From an uncultured Verrucomicrobiae bacterium (lineage in GTDB: Bacteria > Verrucomicrobiota > Verrucomicrobiia > Opitutales > JABDGR01), in assembly GCA_963765205.1 (NCBI GenBank), contig CAVXVB010000004.1:96001-160000 (forward strand): DNA of 64,000 nt. Reading direction: 5' to 3'. Of this stretch, positions 61,901 to 64,000 are shown piece by piece. How positions within the stretch are numbered: the first letter of the stretch is position 1; each line of letters opens with the position of its first letter. The translations under genes and the position numbers were made by a program. Under the pieces are notes generated by a model. It was not told where the DNA came from and did no database searches. It was given only the letters and a program-made list of their open reading frames with translations.

Positions 61901-62048
61901 TTTCGTGGACGGCGATTACGCGGCGGAATTGCGCCGGCGCTATGCCGCGCAAGTGGCCGTTTACGCGCGCGCATTGACCGAGCTGACGGGTGCGCCGGCC
62001 GAAGCCTTGCTCTACGGCACGCGCACGGGTGTGCTGGCCGCGATTTAG
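58974..62048 (+). CDS. addA: AddA-like UvrD helicase-nuclease
   Basis: APAGVGKT, TYTRKAA, TIHSF, LDEAQDT, VGDPQQSIY, HKAKGLE, LLYVAVTR, C-terminal VVDWKTD. Confidence 0.85.
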   Translation: MNLPDQADRDRFATETGRNFSVIAPAGVGKTRAIAQRVRAIALADARAREQARVSGVAAPPPRLPRLVVVTYTRKAADEMRERARRELVEAGLPPAILGWFNEAFFGTIHSFCLELLRRFGPLAGLPTRFTVEPDDAELRLAFQRDTPDVAAFLPEPARAAWRRYGTAAVVWPLVWTWPEGAEMPPAPGPCPEINFAAVFHFQRAKKHQSAEEHIRRSRQRLGAWQTAGAEARALGLPEASGGGEDFLQIWAAAFLPLREWLAAAAAHAAAGLAEKYAQFKEERGCLGYGDFTRLAAKLLRDPVLGERIREQEFSILLDEAQDTDPAQFDVLLRVAQATGTADQDLSAQPAPGRFSMVGDPQQSIYRRADVRYYENLRARLVQSGAAEELIFSVTLRCDTAIVAQVNKIFPALLDGRAGQANFVPLQTRPGAGAGSMWRLPVARPENFPTKPKVDDLIRAEAEALAHWLKNAGHKGAGADGWEEVAILAPRKKWLGALAAALRAVDLRAQLHADDRARGADPARAWLGALLGVLADPGDDFEIIGVLREIFGVSDDDIFHWRNGGAAAAAPNARAAQELLAQLARAVSGRPLRDAVALAVKAAQLRERLAAIGTPPAALETLLDQTAPAEARGDDLVVFARALRHGPAEAVEPVAQSGEIQLLTNHKAKGLEWPVVVQFGLFLKPRVPAPEYPCWVAPTAPGAPPTCRLDKLHAPTQVGWGEKEAQRAEFERLLYVAVTRPRHTLFLVDATALADPDKSADGSLARLLGVTPGGPARSWWETIPQAGEKIIKTKRISFKKGQPSAPPARWLQPEWGAEIFAPAVTAARKFARRVRPSTLAKHLTASAVPERAEPDLAAPPDYPEEQAPPGSAVNYGNWWHEVMERTPWSAGKNEWAAFWEKSCATAPDVARARAETVRLLVSPLTARLAEPGLEFAVETPFLWAEPDGARAFDGCMDLAVWDGKNLRWLVVDWKTDFVDGDYAAELRRRYAAQVAVYARALTELTGAPAEALLYGTRTGVLAAI

Positions 62049-62078
62049 CAAACTTGCCGCGCGGGCAGCAGCACCGCG

Positions 62079-64000
62079 CTACGCTGCATCCTTCGGTTGC
62101 ACGGTGAGGCGCACGCGCGCGGCCGGGCGCAGGTATTTTTCAGCGAAGGCGCGCACGGCGGCGGCATCCGCGGCATCATAGGCGGCCTCGCGGATTTTCG
62201 CGTCGTTGAGCGGCAGGCCGTAGAGGGCGTTCAGCGCGGCCTGCTGCGCGCGGTGGCTGGGCGACTGGCGGCCGACGCGCAACTGCGCCTTGAGCCGCGC
62301 GCGCGCGCGGGCCAATTCCGCGTCGTCAATCTTGCCCGAGTGCAGGCGCGCGACCTCGGCGTCGAACTCCGCCAGCACCGCCGCACGCGAAGCCTGCTGC
62401 GTTCCTGCATACAAATACATCAGCCCCGCGCGCACGCCGGTGACGCGCGCCGCGCCGACGAAATACGCCAGCCCGAGTTCCTCGCGCACGCGCACAAACA
62501 GCCGGCTCGACATCCCGCTGAGCAGTTCGTCCACGATTTCGCCGGTGAGAAAATCCGGCGCGGTCACGCCACCGTCGGGATAGGCGTCGAAGACGACGGT
62601 CTGCGCGCGGTCCAGTTTTTCCACAAATTCGGCGGCGGCTTTGGGGCCGGCATAGTCCGGCGTGCGCGGCGCAAACGCGGTGGCGGGCGCGGCGGCGAGC
62701 ACCGGCCCGAGCAAATCCAGCGCCTGTGCGCGCTCGAATTGCCCCGACACCGCGACGGCTAGATTCGGCCCGACCGCCAGCGCGCGGTGCTGTTGCCGCA
62801 CGTCGTCCACCGTCAGTACGCCGACGGATTCGAGCGTGCCCAGCGCGCCGATGCTGAAGGGATGTTTTTTGAAAAACTTGGCGCGCAGCACGCGCAGGCC
62901 GTAGTCCACGATTTCGTCGTCCTCCTCGCGCAACTCGGCGAGCTGGCTGTCGCGCTCGACGGCAAACGTCCGCGCGGCGAAACCCGGCTGCCAGAGCGCG
63001 GCGCGGAGCGTGCGTGCGCCGAGGGCGAAATCGCCCGCCAGCGCCTCAAAGGCGAGTGCGAAGCTGTTGTTGCCCGTGTGTTCGTGCCAAGACGCGCCCG
63101 CGTTTTCGATCTCCTTCGCCACCGCGAGGGCGCTGCGCCCGCCGGCGTCACGCGTGAGCAGCGTCGAGAGCAGCGCCGTCACGCCGCGTTGCGCTTTGTC
63201 CTCATAGCACGCCCCGCCGTTGAGCGCCGCGCGAATGTGCACCTTCGGCAGCGCGCCGCCGGGCTGGAGGAGCAGCCGCGCGCCGTTGGGCAGGCGGATT
63301 TCCTCGAAATCCGGCCAGCCGCCCGAAGCTTTGGCGACGGCGATGTTTGGCGCGGTTTTTTTCACGGCTGGTTCGAGCGCGATAGCGCTTGATTGCTCCG
63401 CGAGCAAATAGCGCGCGGCGACTTGGGCGAGGTCGCGGGCGCGCACCTGGGCCAGGCGTTGGAAATAAACGCGCGGGTAGTCCAAATCGCCGAGCACGAC
63501 CTCGCCGTGGCCGAGGCGCGACGCCTGCCCGCTGACGGTGCGGCGGCTGTCCACTTCGCTGACGAGAATTTGTCGCCGCGCGCGGGCGACCATTTCCTCG
63601 GGCATGCCTTTTTGCGCGACGCGCGCGAGTTCCGCGGCGACGGCGGCCTCGACTTCGCCGCGTTTGCCTTCGTCGCACAAATACGAAATCCAGGACAGGC
63701 CCGCGTCGCCGGGGTTCCAGTTGCCGGCGTGGATGTGGTGGACGAGCTTTTTCTCCTCGCGCAGTTTTTGCCAGAGAATCGAGGCCTGCCCGCCGCCGAG
63801 CACAAGCGCGAGCAAGTCCAGCGCGGGCGCGTCGGGATGCGCGAGGTGCGGCACGCGATAGGCCGCGACGCCGCGCACGACGTTCACGTCGCCGCGTTCG
63901 GTCTGGTGGCGCGCGGCGAGCTGCGGCGGCTCGGCGGCAATCGTCGGCGACGGCATCCGTCGCGGGATGAGCGCGCCAAAATATTTTTCGACGAGCGCCT
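62079..64000 (-). CDS. M16-family (pitrilysin-like) zinc peptidase, 5'-partial
   Basis: LWQKLREEKKLV, RLPNGARLL, SSRLFVRVREELGLAY; frame runs to the window edge. Confidence 0.85.
   Translation of the reverse strand, partial: ALVEKYFGALIPRRMPSPTIAAEPPQLAARHQTERGDVNVVRGVAAYRVPHLAHPDAPALDLLALVLGGGQASILWQKLREEKKLVHHIHAGNWNPGDAGLSWISYLCDEGKRGEVEAAVAAELARVAQKGMPEEMVARARRQILVSEVDSRRTVSGQASRLGHGEVVLGDLDYPRVYFQRLAQVRARDLAQVAARYLLAEQSSAIALEPAVKKTAPNIAVAKASGGWPDFEEIRLPNGARLLLQPGGALPKVHIRAALNGGACYEDKAQRGVTALLSTLLTRDAGGRSALAVAKEIENAGASWHEHTGNNSFALAFEALAGDFALGARTLRAALWQPGFAARTFAVERDSQLAELREEDDEIVDYGLRVLRAKFFKKHPFSIGALGTLESVGVLTVDDVRQQHRALAVGPNLAVAVSGQFERAQALDLLGPVLAAAPATAFAPRTPDYAGPKAAAEFVEKLDRAQTVVFDAYPDGGVTAPDFLTGEIVDELLSGMSSRLFVRVREELGLAYFVGAARVTGVRAGLMYLYAGTQQASRAAVLAEFDAEVARLHSGKIDDAELARARARLKAQLRVGRQSPSHRAQQAALNALYGLPLNDAKIREAAYDAADAAAVRAFAEKYLRPAARVRLTVQPKDAA

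Noticed and set aside
55960..62048. Anti-phage helicase-nuclease defence system
   Set aside because: Architecture and order match housekeeping AddBA; host-like GC and housekeeping neighbours.

Overview
GC-rich bacterial chromosomal segment. The gene set (DUF5069, TIGR03790-like protein, Planctomycete-type cytochrome c, TMTC-like TPR proteins) suggests Verrucomicrobiota, probably Opitutia; this is an inference. Most of the window is housekeeping: pyrG, hflX, queFCED, prfA, amtB, folE2, rnr, serA, plsY, hom, proA and addBA, plus GH2, GH20 and NamZ-type hydrolases. Accessory or unusual parts: (i) a PadR regulator heading a tandem array of four paralogous membrane proteins with conserved N-terminal helical (HAAS/permease-prefix-like) domains, conserved C-terminal tails and highly divergent transmembrane cores (19.8-23.5 kb), the best candidate for a little-described system; (ii) three tandem TMTC-like GT-C/TPR glycosyltransferase genes, the last broken by an IS5 element and a deletion; (iii) a PIN toxin whose antitoxin gene was destroyed by an IS remnant, with a second IS5 just upstream; (iv) a 67-bp MITE whose left end is identical to that IS remnant; (v) small ORFs missed by the ORF track; (vi) many intergenic heptamer and palindromic repeats. 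At least seven genes carry short indels, several in homopolymers, so the frameshift calls may be consensus errors. No rRNA, tRNA or CRISPR array was recognised.
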